A stretch of 64,000 bases of DNA from a virus, in IMG/VR virus record IMGVR_UViG_3300025168_000039, positions 1-64,000 of that record. One strand, 5' to 3'. The stretch's first letter is position 1, and every line of letters starts with the position of its first letter. The notes beneath the pieces were generated by a model that did no database searches, was not told where the DNA came from, and saw nothing but the letters and a program-made list of their open reading frames with translations. The position numbers and the translations under genes are program-made. Below, piece by piece: positions 35,083-44,339 of the stretch.

Positions 35083-36744
35083 ATGAAGAAAGATGCTAAG
35101 TTTGTAAAGCATGTTAATTGTGATGAGTGCGGATCGTCAGACGGTAATGCCTTGTATGATGATGGTAGTGCTTTTTGCTTTGTTTGTAAAACATATTCAA
35201 AGGATTCTAGTATGCAAGATCAGGAACAAGTTAAACCCTCTAATACTAACCTTAAAGTTTACTCTAAAAACATGACTGAAGATAAAAACTATCAAGATAT
35301 TCCAGACCGCAAACTCACTGCCGCCACTTGTAAAGCCTACGGCATTTCTGTTGTTAAGGATGAAAGTGGAAATATTATTAAACATGTGTATCCTTATTAT
35401 AATACTGATGGTTCTCATGTAGCCAATAAGTTTCGAGTTGTCGCAAACAAAACCTTTCCTACTGAAGGTAACATCGCTAACGCATCTTTGTTCGGACAGA
35501 AAAACTTTCCTGCTAGAGGTAAATACGTTACGATTACCGAGGGAGAGTTGGACGCTGCATCAACATACCAAATGTTTGGTAGTCAGTGGCCTTGTGTTTC
35601 TGTAAGGTCTTCCACTACAGCGCTATCTGATTGTCAAAAGAATATGGATTATCTTAATTCATTTGATACTGTTGTTTTATGTTTTGATAAAGACAAAGCT
35701 GGAAGGGAGGCAGCGAACAAGGTTGCAGCTTTATTCGAGCCTAATAAATGTAGAATTGTAAAGCTTACAACATTTAAAGATGCTTCAGATTATTTGAAGG
35801 CTGGTTGCCGAGAAGAATTTACTAAAGCTTGGTGGAACGCTGAACCCTACACACCCGCTGGCATTATTAATTTAGGTCAGCTAGGAGACTCTCTCTATGA
35901 AGAAGATTTCTGTGAGAGTGTTGCCTATCCTTGGCCTTCTTTAAATGAAAAGACTTTTGGCTGTAGAACTGGAGAGCTTGTGACCTGGACTTCGGGTTCT
36001 GGTATGGGTAAGAGTTCTGTGTTAAGGGAACTTATGCATTATTTTCTACATCATACTAAAGATAATATAGGTATCCTTGCGCTTGAGGAGAACACTAAGA
36101 AGACGGCCTTCAACTTGATGGCAGTGGAAGCTAACCAAAGATTATATATTAAAGAAATTAGAGATCAATTTACCAGAGAACAGATGACTCGTTGGGAGGA
36201 GAAGACTATTGGGACAGGGAGATTTTTCGCTTTTGACCATTTTGGTTCTATATCTAACGATGAGATACTGTCTAGAATCCGGTATATGGCAAAAGCTTTA
36301 GACTGTAAATGGATATTCTTAGATCACTTGTCTATCCTTGTGTCTGGTCAAGAAGATGGGGATGAGAGGAGAGGTATAGATGTTCTGATGACTAAGCTAA
36401 GAAGCTTGGTTGAGGAGACAGGTATATCTTTAAACCTTGTGTCTCACCTACGTCGAGCAAACTCTTCAAAGTCCCACGAAGAAGGTGGAGAGGTTAGCCT
36501 TGCCCATCTTAGGGGTAGCCATAGCATAGCTCAATTATCAGACATGGTATACGCCTTGGAAAGAAATCAACAAGAGACAGATGAGACTCTTGCTAATACA
36601 ACACTTGTTAGGGTTCTTAAAAATAGATATAGTGGTGAGGTAGGTCCATCAACATATCTTTTCTATGATAAAGAGACAGGACGTTTAACCGAGATATCCA
36701 ATCCATTCGAAGTTAGAGAAGAAGAAGAAGGAGAAGCATTTTGA
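35083..36744 (+). CDS. T7 gp4-like primase-helicase (copy B)
   Basis: CDECGSSD...FCFVC, EGELD, SGSGMGKS, LRGSHSIAQLSD. Confidence 0.95.
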   Translation: MKKDAKFVKHVNCDECGSSDGNALYDDGSAFCFVCKTYSKDSSMQDQEQVKPSNTNLKVYSKNMTEDKNYQDIPDRKLTAATCKAYGISVVKDESGNIIKHVYPYYNTDGSHVANKFRVVANKTFPTEGNIANASLFGQKNFPARGKYVTITEGELDAASTYQMFGSQWPCVSVRSSTTALSDCQKNMDYLNSFDTVVLCFDKDKAGREAANKVAALFEPNKCRIVKLTTFKDASDYLKAGCREEFTKAWWNAEPYTPAGIINLGQLGDSLYEEDFCESVAYPWPSLNEKTFGCRTGELVTWTSGSGMGKSSVLRELMHYFLHHTKDNIGILALEENTKKTAFNLMAVEANQRLYIKEIRDQFTREQMTRWEEKTIGTGRFFAFDHFGSISNDEILSRIRYMAKALDCKWIFLDHLSILVSGQEDGDERRGIDVLMTKLRSLVEETGISLNLVSHLRRANSSKSHEEGGEVSLAHLRGSHSIAQLSDMVYALERNQQETDETLANTTLVRVLKNRYSGEVGPSTYLFYDKETGRLTEISNPFEVREEEEGEAF

Positions 36745-37220
36745 CTTATCGAGTAAATAGGATTAGTCCCATAGCCAGTGTCAGAAAAAGGTTTAGTCAA
36801 GATTTATATAATGAAACTAATAATAAAGGTATCAAAAAGGGAGTAGCATATCTAAAGTCAGAAGGTCATAAGATTTTAGATAAGACAGAAACTTATGGGC
36901 CTGATATTGTTAGTGAGAAAGCTGGTAAGCTGTACTATACAGAAGTAGAAACAAAGCTTGTATGGTCTGGAGATTGGCCTGAGTCTTGGGAAGATGTACG
37001 TCTTCCTGAAAGAAAGAAGAGGTTGATTGCATTGGCAAAAAATAATGAGGCATCACTAAGCTTTATTATTTTTAATAAGGAATATAAACAAGCTTGGAAA
37101 ATTTCTTCTGATGTAGTAGACTCTTCTCCTTTAGAGGAGATATCAAACAAGTATGTTAGCAAGGGAGAATACTTCTTTGTCATTCCTTTAAAGAAAGCAA
37201 AGCTTTTAAAAATTAAATAA
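36741..37220 (+). CDS. PD-(D/E)XK-like nuclease
   Basis: GPDIV...YTEVETK. Confidence 0.55.
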   Translation: MTYRVNRISPIASVRKRFSQDLYNETNNKGIKKGVAYLKSEGHKILDKTETYGPDIVSEKAGKLYYTEVETKLVWSGDWPESWEDVRLPERKKRLIALAKNNEASLSFIIFNKEYKQAWKISSDVVDSSPLEEISNKYVSKGEYFFVIPLKKAKLLKIK

Positions 37221-37250
37221 GGATTTCACTTACGGAGGTTAGGTATAGTT

Positions 37251-38912
37251 ATGAGTGTAGTTCTTGACATAGAAACAGATGCTATTGATGCAACAAAAAT
37301 TCATTGTATTGTTGCTTATGATATTGAAAGTAAAAAGCCATATACCTTTGTAGGAGATGAGTGTTACATTAAGTTTCCTAATTTTGCTAAAAGTGTGTCG
37401 CAATTTGTGATGCATAATGGTATATCTTTTGATGCTCCTGTACTTAACAGGCTTACCGGAACTGACATTCAATATGATAGGATCATAGACACAATGATCT
37501 TATCACAACTTTATAATCCAATAATAGATAACGGTCATAGCTTAAAATCTTGGGGCGTTAGATTAGGAATCCATAAAGGTGAGGTTGAAAGCTTCAGTAA
37601 TTTCTCTGAAGATATGCTGGACTATTGTAAACAAGATGTTAATGTAACATACTCTTTATATAAATATTTTAAACAACAACAAAATATATTCTCTGCTAGA
37701 TCAATTCAACTTGAGCATAAGATAAAAAGTATTATTGATGAGCAGGAGCGTAATGGGTTTTATTTAGACTTACAAAAGTCTACTACGTTTGTGTCCTCTG
37801 TTGAAGATAAGATGGACACCATTGAGAATGAATTACAAAATATATTTCCACCCCATGTCATCTCTGGCAGAACACATAAAAGATCAGGCAAACCTCTTGC
37901 TGATATTGTAACTCCATTTAATCCTGCATCTCGAAAGCAAATAGCAGATAGATTACAAGGGCTTGGATGGAAGCCAGAAAAGAAAACAGACAAAGGAAAT
38001 ATAATTGTAGATGAGGCAGTCTTAGAGACAATTGATTTGCCAGAGGCAAAGAAAATATCTGAATACCTTTTGTTAGGTAAGAGATACTCTCAAGTTAAAT
38101 CTTGGATCGAAGCTTCTGATTCTTCAAGTAGAGTTCATGGGAGAGTTCTAACTCTCAGGACTGTTACAGGTAGGATGGCTCACACCTCTCCAAACATGGC
38201 TCAAGTTCCCGCTGTTTATTCTCCTATGGGGAAGGAGTGTCGAGGAATGTGGGGCGTATCTGATCCTGATAATTATTCCCTAATAGGTACAGACGCATCA
38301 GGTCTAGAGCTTAGAGGTCTAGCACATATGATGGATGATCCTATCTTTATTAAAGAAATATTAGAAGGTGATGTACATACAGCCAACCAGAAGATGGCCG
38401 GTCTTGATAATAGAGATCAGGCGAAAACATTTATCTATGCATTAATGTATGGAGCAGGTGCTGCAAAGATTGGTAAAATTGTAGGTGGCACCGCAAGAGA
38501 GGGAGAGGAATTAATATCTAAGTTTATGAAAAATATGCCTAAGTTTTCCTCTCTTAAAAATAATTTAAATCAAACTGTAGAAAAGAATGGAGTCATACCT
38601 GGACTAGATGGTAGAACCCTACAGGTTCGATCTCCTCATGCTGCTTTAAATACTTTAATACAGGGAGCTGGTGCTGTTATATGTAAGCAGTGGCTTGTTC
38701 AGATTAATGAGGCATACAAAAGAAAAGGACTAGATGTAAAACTTGTAGCTAGTATTCACGATGAGTACCAATTTGAGGTACACAATAAAGACTGTGAAGA
38801 GTTCGGTAAGATAACTAAAACTGCAATAAAGGAGGTAGAAGAAATATATTCGTTTAGATGTCCATTAGATTCCGAATATAAAGTTGGAAAAAACTGGGCT
38901 GATACACATTAA
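37251..38912 (+). CDS. T7-like family A DNA polymerase with 3'-5' exonuclease
   Basis: DIETD, HNGISFD, YCKQDV; motif A DASGLELR; motif B AKTFIYALMYG; motif C IHDEYQ. Confidence 0.95.
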   Translation: MSVVLDIETDAIDATKIHCIVAYDIESKKPYTFVGDECYIKFPNFAKSVSQFVMHNGISFDAPVLNRLTGTDIQYDRIIDTMILSQLYNPIIDNGHSLKSWGVRLGIHKGEVESFSNFSEDMLDYCKQDVNVTYSLYKYFKQQQNIFSARSIQLEHKIKSIIDEQERNGFYLDLQKSTTFVSSVEDKMDTIENELQNIFPPHVISGRTHKRSGKPLADIVTPFNPASRKQIADRLQGLGWKPEKKTDKGNIIVDEAVLETIDLPEAKKISEYLLLGKRYSQVKSWIEASDSSSRVHGRVLTLRTVTGRMAHTSPNMAQVPAVYSPMGKECRGMWGVSDPDNYSLIGTDASGLELRGLAHMMDDPIFIKEILEGDVHTANQKMAGLDNRDQAKTFIYALMYGAGAAKIGKIVGGTAREGEELISKFMKNMPKFSSLKNNLNQTVEKNGVIPGLDGRTLQVRSPHAALNTLIQGAGAVICKQWLVQINEAYKRKGLDVKLVASIHDEYQFEVHNKDCEEFGKITKTAIKEVEEIYSFRCPLDSEYKVGKNWADTH

Positions 38913-38916
38913 ATTG

Positions 38917-38945
38917 TTGACACATATTTTTATGTGGAGTAAAGT
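38917..38945 (+). promoter_or_regulatory. Sigma70-type promoter
   Basis: TTGACA-17 bp-TAAAGT with internal CACATA/TATGTG inverted repeat. Confidence 0.55.
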
Positions 38946-38978
38946 GTGTAATCTTTTTAACTTAAAGGAGAAAATTCT

Positions 38979-39188
38979 ATGAAGGACTGTCAGAAAAAAA
39001 CCCTAACCGCTTTGAAGAAACGTATGCGAGTAACTCGTAAGACGGCTATTCAACATGGCTGGTGTGAGAACCTGACTGCTACTATCTCTGACCTACGAGA
39101 TCGAGGTCATAACATTGAGACTATCAAAGCTAAAACTGATGATGGCTCTCACTATACCCGCTATCGCCTCCTTCAGGCGGCAGCTTAA
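38979..39188 (+). CDS. Winged helix-turn-helix protein
   Basis: LTATISDLRDRGHNIET...YTRYRL. Confidence 0.75.
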   Translation: MKDCQKKTLTALKKRMRVTRKTAIQHGWCENLTATISDLRDRGHNIETIKAKTDDGSHYTRYRLLQAAA

Positions 39189-39228
39189 ATTAAAATTATA
39201 TTAACGTACATTAAGGAGAAATTAAATT

Positions 39229-39735
39229 ATGGCTACCGAAAAAACAGAAGCACAAAGCGCTGACAATTATATGTATGCAACAGGTGTTGCGTATTGGACT
39301 TCTATTGTCGCACCTAATACTAAGTTCGAAGAAAGTGGTGTGTGGGAATGTACTCTTGCACAACTAGAGGGAGAAGCTAAAGCTATCTTTGAAGAGTCCG
39401 GTCTTGAGATTAAAAATGTCGGAGATGAAAAAGGAGACTTTGTTAAGTTAAAAAGAAAAGTGATGCGTAAGGATGGGGTTCTTAATCAAAGACCTTCAGT
39501 GGTCGATTCTCAAAATTCGCCTATGGATGATACCTACATAGGGAATGGATCACTGGTTACAGTTAAGTTCCGGCCTTATGATTGGGCGTGGGGTAATCGA
39601 AAGGGTCGAGGTGGTGATCTCTGTGCTATCCAAGTAGTTGATTTGGTTGAGTACAAACCACAGATTGATTCTTTTGATACCATTAAAGGAGGTTATGTTG
39701 CACCTGCCTCCGATGATGTACCGTTTCCTGCGTAA
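39229..39735 (+). CDS. Single-stranded DNA-binding protein (T7 gp2.5-like)
   Basis: IGNGSLVTV, AIQVVDLVEY, acidic DDVPF tip. Confidence 0.8.
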   Translation: MATEKTEAQSADNYMYATGVAYWTSIVAPNTKFEESGVWECTLAQLEGEAKAIFEESGLEIKNVGDEKGDFVKLKRKVMRKDGVLNQRPSVVDSQNSPMDDTYIGNGSLVTVKFRPYDWAWGNRKGRGGDLCAIQVVDLVEYKPQIDSFDTIKGGYVAPASDDVPFPA

Positions 39736-39743
39736 CCAAAAGG

Positions 39744-39786
39744 AGTGGGAGGGGGAGAGTAAAATCTCCTTCTCCCTACTTTCATT
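39744..39786 (+). terminator. Intrinsic terminator after ssb
   Basis: GTGGGAGGGGGAGA/TCTCCTTCTCCCTAC stem followed by TTTCATT. Confidence 0.65.
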
Positions 39787-40647
39787 ATGAAAAAATTATC
39801 CTCGCTTATTAAAGATATCTATACTGTTTTACAAGATGGAAAAGGTTCACCCCGATCTGATCAAGACCTTCAAGAATTTGCAGAGGAAGCAGGTAAGAAT
39901 ATTGCAGGTCATCTCGTTAATGCAATTAAGGAAGATCGATCTAATCGAAAACCATATCTAAGAATTTCTAATATAGGTAAACCTTTACGACAACTCTGGT
40001 ATGATTTAAAAGACTCACCGAGAGTTGATGAGATGAAACCTCACGATCAAATCAGATTTTTATATGGTCATATTTTAGAAGATATAGTTTTATTTTTATG
40101 CTATGCTTCCGGCCATGAGGTAACTGAACAACAGAAAGAAGTTATTGTTGAGGGTGTTGTAGGACATAAAGATTGTCGTATTGATGGTGTTACCATTGAT
40201 GTAAAGAGTGCGTCACCGTATGGGTTTAAAAAGTTTAAAGAAAAAACTCTATATGATGACGATCCCTTTGGATATATAAGCCAGCTATCTGGTTATCTCA
40301 AAGGAGAGGGAGATACGAATGGTGGATTCCTTGCGATAGACAAATCGTCAGGAGAGTTAGCACTGCTTGAAGTGCATCCAATGGAGTTACATGATGTTAA
40401 AACAAAAATCGAAACTATCAAAAGTTATCTTAAAGAAGATAAGAAGCCTCCTAGATGCTATGATGATGTTCCTTATGGCAAGTCTGGCAATCGTCAGCTT
40501 TGTACCGCTTGCCGCTTTTGCGCTTTTAAATATTCTTGTTGGGAAGATTGTAATGCCGGTGTTGGGATTCGTAAATTTAATTATAATAACGGTATCGCCT
40601 ATCTTACAGAAGTTCAACTTGAGCCGAAAGTCGAGGAGTTGAAATGA
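39787..40647 (+). CDS. Cas4-like PD-(D/E)XK exonuclease
   Basis: GHILE, GHKD, IDVKS, QLSGY, C-terminal CRFCAFKYSC. Confidence 0.8.
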   Translation: MKKLSSLIKDIYTVLQDGKGSPRSDQDLQEFAEEAGKNIAGHLVNAIKEDRSNRKPYLRISNIGKPLRQLWYDLKDSPRVDEMKPHDQIRFLYGHILEDIVLFLCYASGHEVTEQQKEVIVEGVVGHKDCRIDGVTIDVKSASPYGFKKFKEKTLYDDDPFGYISQLSGYLKGEGDTNGGFLAIDKSSGELALLEVHPMELHDVKTKIETIKSYLKEDKKPPRCYDDVPYGKSGNRQLCTACRFCAFKYSCWEDCNAGVGIRKFNYNNGIAYLTEVQLEPKVEELK

Positions 40648-40973
40648 AAACCCAAAGCGCTAAAGCTAAAGGAAGACGTTTACAACAATGGGTTAGAGAT
40701 CAGTTAATAAAAGTTTTAGATATATCAGACGAAGATATAGAGAGTAGGAGTATGGGGGCTGGAGGAGAAGATTTGATCATGGCGAAAGCTGCTCGACAGA
40801 AGTTTCCTTACTCTATTGAATGTAAGAATCAAGAAAAACTAAACATATGGAAATCGTATGAACAGTCAGAAGATAACTCTGGTAAGAATGAACCCCTATT
40901 AATTATAAAGAAGAACAATAAAAATCCATTGGCTATAGTAGATGCAAGATATTTTTTTAAATTACACGGATGA
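40644..40973 (+). CDS. Holliday junction resolvase-like nuclease
   Basis: KAKGRRLQQW, GEDL, SIECKN. Confidence 0.75.
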   Translation: MKTQSAKAKGRRLQQWVRDQLIKVLDISDEDIESRSMGAGGEDLIMAKAARQKFPYSIECKNQEKLNIWKSYEQSEDNSGKNEPLLIIKKNNKNPLAIVDARYFFKLHG

Positions 40974-41280
40974 AGAGTTCGAGGATATTTTAGATGATCG
41001 GTTAATAGATAAATCTAAAGACCCACACACCGCATTGTTTAATGGTGTGATCGTTCAAGCATTGATAGATGTTTGTAATGATAAATCTTCTAAAGAAAAA
41101 GAGGAGGCCACTGTTTGGTTCTTCTCTTCTGTTGTTTCAGTTATTGATAATTTTGAAACGGTATGTGACCTTGCAAGTGTAAATCCTGTAAGGGTGCGAA
41201 GCTTTGCAATTAGAATTTTAGAGAGTGAAAACAAAAGTAAACTTAGAAAGCACATGAGTTTTCTTTTACATGATAATTAG
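40942..41280 (+). CDS. Hypothetical protein
   Basis: VIVQALID, WF, FETVCDLA pattern seen in phage replication modules. Confidence 0.65.
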   Translation: MQDIFLNYTDEEFEDILDDRLIDKSKDPHTALFNGVIVQALIDVCNDKSSKEKEEATVWFFSSVVSVIDNFETVCDLASVNPVRVRSFAIRILESENKSKLRKHMSFLLHDN

Positions 41281-41290
41281 GAGGTGCCAA

Positions 41291-41536
41291 ATGAATAAGC
41301 TTCAAGATACGATTGATAAAAGTCTTCAAACTCAAATAGGAGGAGATCACTATAGCCACTGTATGATACAACCGGCAGAGTATATCTCTGCTAATAACCT
41401 TAGTTTTTTTGAAGGAAATATTGTTAAGTATATAACAAGACATAAAAGTAAGGGTCGAGCAGAAGATATTAAAAAGATTATTCAGTATGCTGAAATGATT
41501 TTAGAGTTTGAATATTCCAGAGAGAAAAGGGACTAG
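41291..41536 (+). CDS. DUF3310 family (T7 gp1.7-like nucleotide kinase)
   Basis: QIGGDHY, IQP, GNIVKYITR, EDIKK; GGAGG RBS. Confidence 0.8.
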   Translation: MNKLQDTIDKSLQTQIGGDHYSHCMIQPAEYISANNLSFFEGNIVKYITRHKSKGRAEDIKKIIQYAEMILEFEYSREKRD

Positions 41537-41537
41537 C

Positions 41538-43238
41538 ATGTTTAAGTCTAATAAAAATCCACAGTTTAGATCAAAGTTTTCTGAAGATATCTTTTACGCA
41601 AAGTACGCACATAAAGATGCAGAGACTATGCATGAGTTAGCAGCTACCCTGGTTGAGGATGTGTGCCAGGATCAGTTGCGTAAGTCAGAGAAGGATGAGT
41701 TGATCAGTCACATCTCGGAGCTTCGGTTTATTCCTGGCGGTAGATATTTATATTACGCTGGTCGCCCGTCTAAGTTTTTTAATAACTGTTATCTTTTAGA
41801 TTGCGAAGAAGATACAAGAGAGGATTGGGCTAACCTATCTTGGAAGGCAGAGTCTTGTCTAATGACAGGCGGTGGTATTGGTGCTGATTATTCTGTGTAT
41901 AGAGCAGAAGGTAAGGAGCTAGGTGGTACTGGAGGCATTGCTAGTGGTCCTCTACCTAAGATGCAGATGATCAATGAGATTGGCCGAAGGGTTATGCAGG
42001 GTGGTAGTCGTCGCTCTGCTATTTATGCCAGTTTGAATTGGAAGCATGAAGATATAGACAAGTTTCTTTTGTCTAAGAACTGGAAAGATATGCCTATCGG
42101 AACTACGGGACAGTCTTTGTTTGATGTAAAACAAGATGACTTTAATTTCCCTGCACCTTTAGACATGACAAATATAAGTGTTAACTATGATACCGAATGG
42201 CTTTTAAACTATTGGAACACAGGGGATGTGGGAGATGTCTTTTTAAATAATGTACGACAAGCACTCTCCACTGCTGAACCTGGATTTAGTTTTAACTTTT
42301 TTGAGAAAGAGAATGAAACTTTACGAAATGCTTGTACAGAAGTTACTGCCAACAATCGTAATGCTTCGGATGGCGGAGATGACTCAGATGTTTGTAATCT
42401 GGGAAGCCTTAACTTTGCTAGGATTGCTGATGTTTCTCAGCTACGAAATGTAGTAGAACTAGCTACTAAGTTTCTTATCTGTGGAACTTTAAGAGCGCAG
42501 CTTCCTTATGATAAAGTTCACAAGACAAGAGAGAAAAATCGTAGGCTTGGACTAGGCTTGATGGGTTTACATGAATGGTTGATTCAGAGAGGTAGTCGAT
42601 ACGAGACAACAGAAGAGATGCATCGTTGGCTCAAGATTTATAAGTCAGAGTCTGATAGAGTTTCAGATTCTTTTGCTGATGAGATAGGAGTATCTCGTCC
42701 CGTAGCTAAACGAGCAGTAGCTCCAACAGGTACTATAGGAATTATTGCTGGAACATCTACAGGAGTAGAGCCTATCTTTGCTGTAGCATATAAGCGACGA
42801 TATCTAAAGAATCGTAGATGGCATTATCAATATGTTATAGATAGTGCGGCACAAGAGATGATCGAATTGTATGGGGCTAACCCAGATGATATTGAGTCAG
42901 CTATAGATTTAGCTACAGATTATGAGCGTAGACTTTCTTTTCAAGCTAACATTCAAGAGTATGTAGATATGTCTATCTCCAGTACAATTAATCTACCAGC
43001 TTGGGGATCAAAAGATAATAATGAAGACCTTGTAGTTCCCTTCGCTAACACTCTTGCAAAATATGCACACCGTCTTAGAGGATTTACCTGCTACCCTGAT
43101 GGTAGTAGAGGAGGACAACCATTAACATGTGTTCCTTATAAAGAAGCGGTAGCTAAATTAGGTGAAGAGTTTGAAGAGAATATTCAAGCGCATGACATTT
43201 GTGAGATTTCTGGAGCGGGAGGTACTTGCGGAGTTTAG
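41538..43238 (+). CDS. nrdJ: Class II (adenosylcobalamin-dependent) ribonucleotide reductase
   Basis: NNCY, GGGIG, RRSA, NACTE, CNLGS, APTGT, C-terminal Cys pair; no beta subunit or activase gene in the window. Confidence 0.85.
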   Translation: MFKSNKNPQFRSKFSEDIFYAKYAHKDAETMHELAATLVEDVCQDQLRKSEKDELISHISELRFIPGGRYLYYAGRPSKFFNNCYLLDCEEDTREDWANLSWKAESCLMTGGGIGADYSVYRAEGKELGGTGGIASGPLPKMQMINEIGRRVMQGGSRRSAIYASLNWKHEDIDKFLLSKNWKDMPIGTTGQSLFDVKQDDFNFPAPLDMTNISVNYDTEWLLNYWNTGDVGDVFLNNVRQALSTAEPGFSFNFFEKENETLRNACTEVTANNRNASDGGDDSDVCNLGSLNFARIADVSQLRNVVELATKFLICGTLRAQLPYDKVHKTREKNRRLGLGLMGLHEWLIQRGSRYETTEEMHRWLKIYKSESDRVSDSFADEIGVSRPVAKRAVAPTGTIGIIAGTSTGVEPIFAVAYKRRYLKNRRWHYQYVIDSAAQEMIELYGANPDDIESAIDLATDYERRLSFQANIQEYVDMSISSTINLPAWGSKDNNEDLVVPFANTLAKYAHRLRGFTCYPDGSRGGQPLTCVPYKEAVAKLGEEFEENIQAHDICEISGAGGTCGV

Positions 43239-43249
43239 ATATTATCCTA

Positions 43250-43326
43250 ACTCTCGTAGCTCAACTGGACAGAGCAACAGATTTCTAATCTGTAGGTTGC
43301 AGGTTCGAGTCCTGCCGAGAGTGCCA
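43250..43326 (+). tRNA. trnR: tRNA-Arg(UCU) with encoded CCA
   Basis: ACTCTCG/CGAGAGT acceptor stem, ACAGA-TTTCTAA-TCTGT anticodon arm, GCAGG-TTCGAGT-CCTGC T arm. Confidence 0.95.
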
Positions 43327-43335
43327 GATAAAATC

Positions 43336-43365
43336 TTGACACAAATATAAAAGTGTGAATATAAT
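43336..43365 (+). promoter_or_regulatory. Sigma70-type promoter for the glycosyltransferase-terS operon
   Basis: TTGACA-18 bp-TATAAT. Confidence 0.75.
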
Positions 43366-43395
43366 GTATGATATTAAAAGAATGCAGGAGTTATA

Positions 43396-43545
43396 ATGGC
43401 GGCTAGAAAGTCAATTGGACTATCAACAAAGGTAAATACAACCAGACATATGAGAACTTCTATCGGTTCTTCCACTAATTCAAGACCTAAAAATAAAAAT
43501 ACAAAAAGATTACATGGTAAAAAATACAGGGGGCAGGGAATATGA
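43396..43545 (+). CDS. 49-aa basic peptide ending YRGQGI
   Basis: AGGAG RBS; RHMRTSIGSS...KKYRGQG; ATGA overlap with the GT gene. Confidence 0.75.
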   Translation: MAARKSIGLSTKVNTTRHMRTSIGSSTNSRPKNKNTKRLHGKKYRGQGI

Positions 43546-44339
43546 ATGACATTCCAACAGTTTATATTGGCTACGATAAAAAAGAAGATGATGCTTTTCA
43601 AATTTTAAAAGAATCAATTATTGATACCTCTTCCCAACCTGTTAGAGTAGTCCCTTTAGATCAAGAAACATTACGGCGTATTAATTTATATCGTAGATCA
43701 TTTCAAATTCAAAAAACTGATAACGGTTCTGTTAAAATTGATTGGCAAGATAATAAACCTTTTTCAACTGAGTTCTCTTTCACAAGATTTTTAATTCCAT
43801 TTGTTAATAATCTAAAAGGACTTGCTCTTTTTATGGATTCTGATATGATGGTACGGACTGACATAATGGAAGTCTTTAAGTATGCTTCTAGAGAAGACAA
43901 AGCCGTCTGGTGTGTCAAGCATAACTACAATCCATCAGATGATTATAAAATGGATAATCAAGTTCAGACTAGATACAATCGAAAGAATTGGTCTAGCTTT
44001 GTGCTATGGAATTGTGAGCATGAAGCCCACAAAGATTTAACAATTGACGATGTTAATTTAAAGTCAGGTTATTATTTACATAACTTTCAGTGGTTATCGG
44101 ATGATCTAATTGGAGATATCCCTGAAGAATGGAACTGGTTAGATGGTCATTCTCCAGAAGAGATAGAAGCAAAGAACGTACACTTCACTACTGGTGGACC
44201 TTGGTTTCCTAAGTGGAAACCTAAGAGATCAATCGATGCTAAGTATGCATTAGAGTGGACTAACTTTAGAGATTCTCTTTCAATAGAAGAGGTGTTAGGA
44301 AAAACAAAAACAATGAAGTGGAATAAAACTTATGAGTAA
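43542..44339 (+). CDS. GT-A fold glycosyltransferase (CDI/GT8-like)
   Basis: YIGYD, STEFSFTRF, FMDSD (DxD), RKNWSS, EWNWL, HFTTGGPW. Confidence 0.85.
   Translation: MNDIPTVYIGYDKKEDDAFQILKESIIDTSSQPVRVVPLDQETLRRINLYRRSFQIQKTDNGSVKIDWQDNKPFSTEFSFTRFLIPFVNNLKGLALFMDSDMMVRTDIMEVFKYASREDKAVWCVKHNYNPSDDYKMDNQVQTRYNRKNWSSFVLWNCEHEAHKDLTIDDVNLKSGYYLHNFQWLSDDLIGDIPEEWNWLDGHSPEEIEAKNVHFTTGGPWFPKWKPKRSIDAKYALEWTNFRDSLSIEEVLGKTKTMKWNKTYE

Noticed and set aside
29978-36744. Genuine tandem duplication of thyX and primase-helicase as a two-primase system
   Set aside because: Broken genes at ~33355 and parallel duplication of tail genes are better explained by two joined genomes
39787-40647. CRISPR-Cas locus suggested by the Cas4-like gene
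   Set aside because: No repeat-spacer array or other cas genes; it sits in the normal exonuclease slot of the replication module
43250-43326. tRNA as a prophage attachment site
   Set aside because: No integrase, no duplicated tRNA 3' end, and phage genes on both sides
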